Shown one piece after another: positions 63,238-64,000 of a stretch of DNA of 64,000 bases. The stretch is taken from the NCBI RefSeq assembly GCF_902459465.1, contig NC_047070.1:19406001-19470000 (forward strand), written 5' to 3'. The position numbers were made by a program, and so were the translations under genes. The notes under the pieces are model-generated. The model was not told the DNA's origin, did no database searches, and was given only the letters and a program-made list of their open reading frames with translations. Position 1 is the stretch's first letter. Every line of letters begins with the position of its first letter. The DNA comes from Asterias rubens. Its lineage: Eukaryota.

Positions 63238-64000
63238 CTTGGGGCTGTCATTTATATTAAGCTCTGTTTAGTCACAATATAGAATATTGACGATATACTG
63301 CCCTGATTACCCTATGGACGATGACACTGTGCTTTGCTCCATCAAAGGACACAGGGTGAAAATTAAGAAATAACTAACGAATCTTTTCGTACACATGTAG
63401 AATGTTAATATGCATGGAATACTGAACTCATAGACTGCTATACTGTGATTTGAAACTAGAAAATTTGCTGAAATTGGTAGTATAATTTTACAGTTTGTGA
63501 TTTCATAGGACTTTGCCTGGGTATCCCTTGAACCTAAGCCTTATTTATAAGATTCAAAATAGTCTATTTTGATTTTCTTATTAGATTTATATGCAGACTG
63601 GAACGGTTCATAGCGCGAAATTAATGATATATCTTTCAGCAACAGATGTTACCAGCAGGGTCAACAATGTCACCTACAGCTTGTTTATTGATTCTTCTTT
63701 ATGTGAAGAAAGGATGAGATCGATGCAATTAACAAGTACAGAGAGTGAAGTCAACCAACGTAATGGGGGTAGCGCCCCCTACGATCACACAAGGGTGTGA
63801 ATATCACGGTTTCATCATACCATTGGTGTTTGGGGGCCGGGGGGGGGGGGGCTATTCAAGTTAACCATTGACTCTCTGATGACAACAGAAATTAATTATG
63901 AATTCATTTATCCGTTTAATATTATAAAAAGGTGAATCCATTCCACATTCTAAGTTTAGAAAGTCGATACACACAGTTTAAGAGGAATGCATGCAGTTCC

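Overview
AT-rich, intron-rich eukaryotic (animal) DNA. The repeat content suggests an echinoderm such as a sea star, but this is inference and was not verified. The window holds two convergently transcribed pentameric Cys-loop ligand-gated ion channel genes of the nicotinic acetylcholine receptor (nAChR) family. Gene A (+) has five coding exons in view: join 1142-1186, 2303-2412, 9721-9923, 10558-10884, 11284-11876 (425 aa); its signal-peptide and N-terminal exons lie upstream of the window. Gene B (-) appears complete: join 62707-62638 (candidate exon 1), 45697-45546, 35790-35746, 33374-33265, 28298-28099, 22309-22188, 20469-20262, 19942-19383 (488 aa). All exons were assembled by hand from GT-AG sites with matching phases. 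Both proteins keep the Cys-loop and most of the aromatic ligand box, but both replace the alpha-defining vicinal Cys-Cys of loop C with Asp-Asp (YPDDPG). Gene A has also lost the -1' pore glutamate (PPTSQGK versus PPESGEK). The non-coding DNA carries about 15 copies of one TTAA-flanked MITE family, three further TTAA-type MITE designs (one chimeric), other foldback elements, a decayed LINE with a YADD motif, a tRNA-derived SINE remnant, minimal hammerhead-ribozyme-like motifs, and several tandem arrays including a higher-order 140-bp satellite. Most other ORFs in the supplied track are spurious products of introns or repeats.
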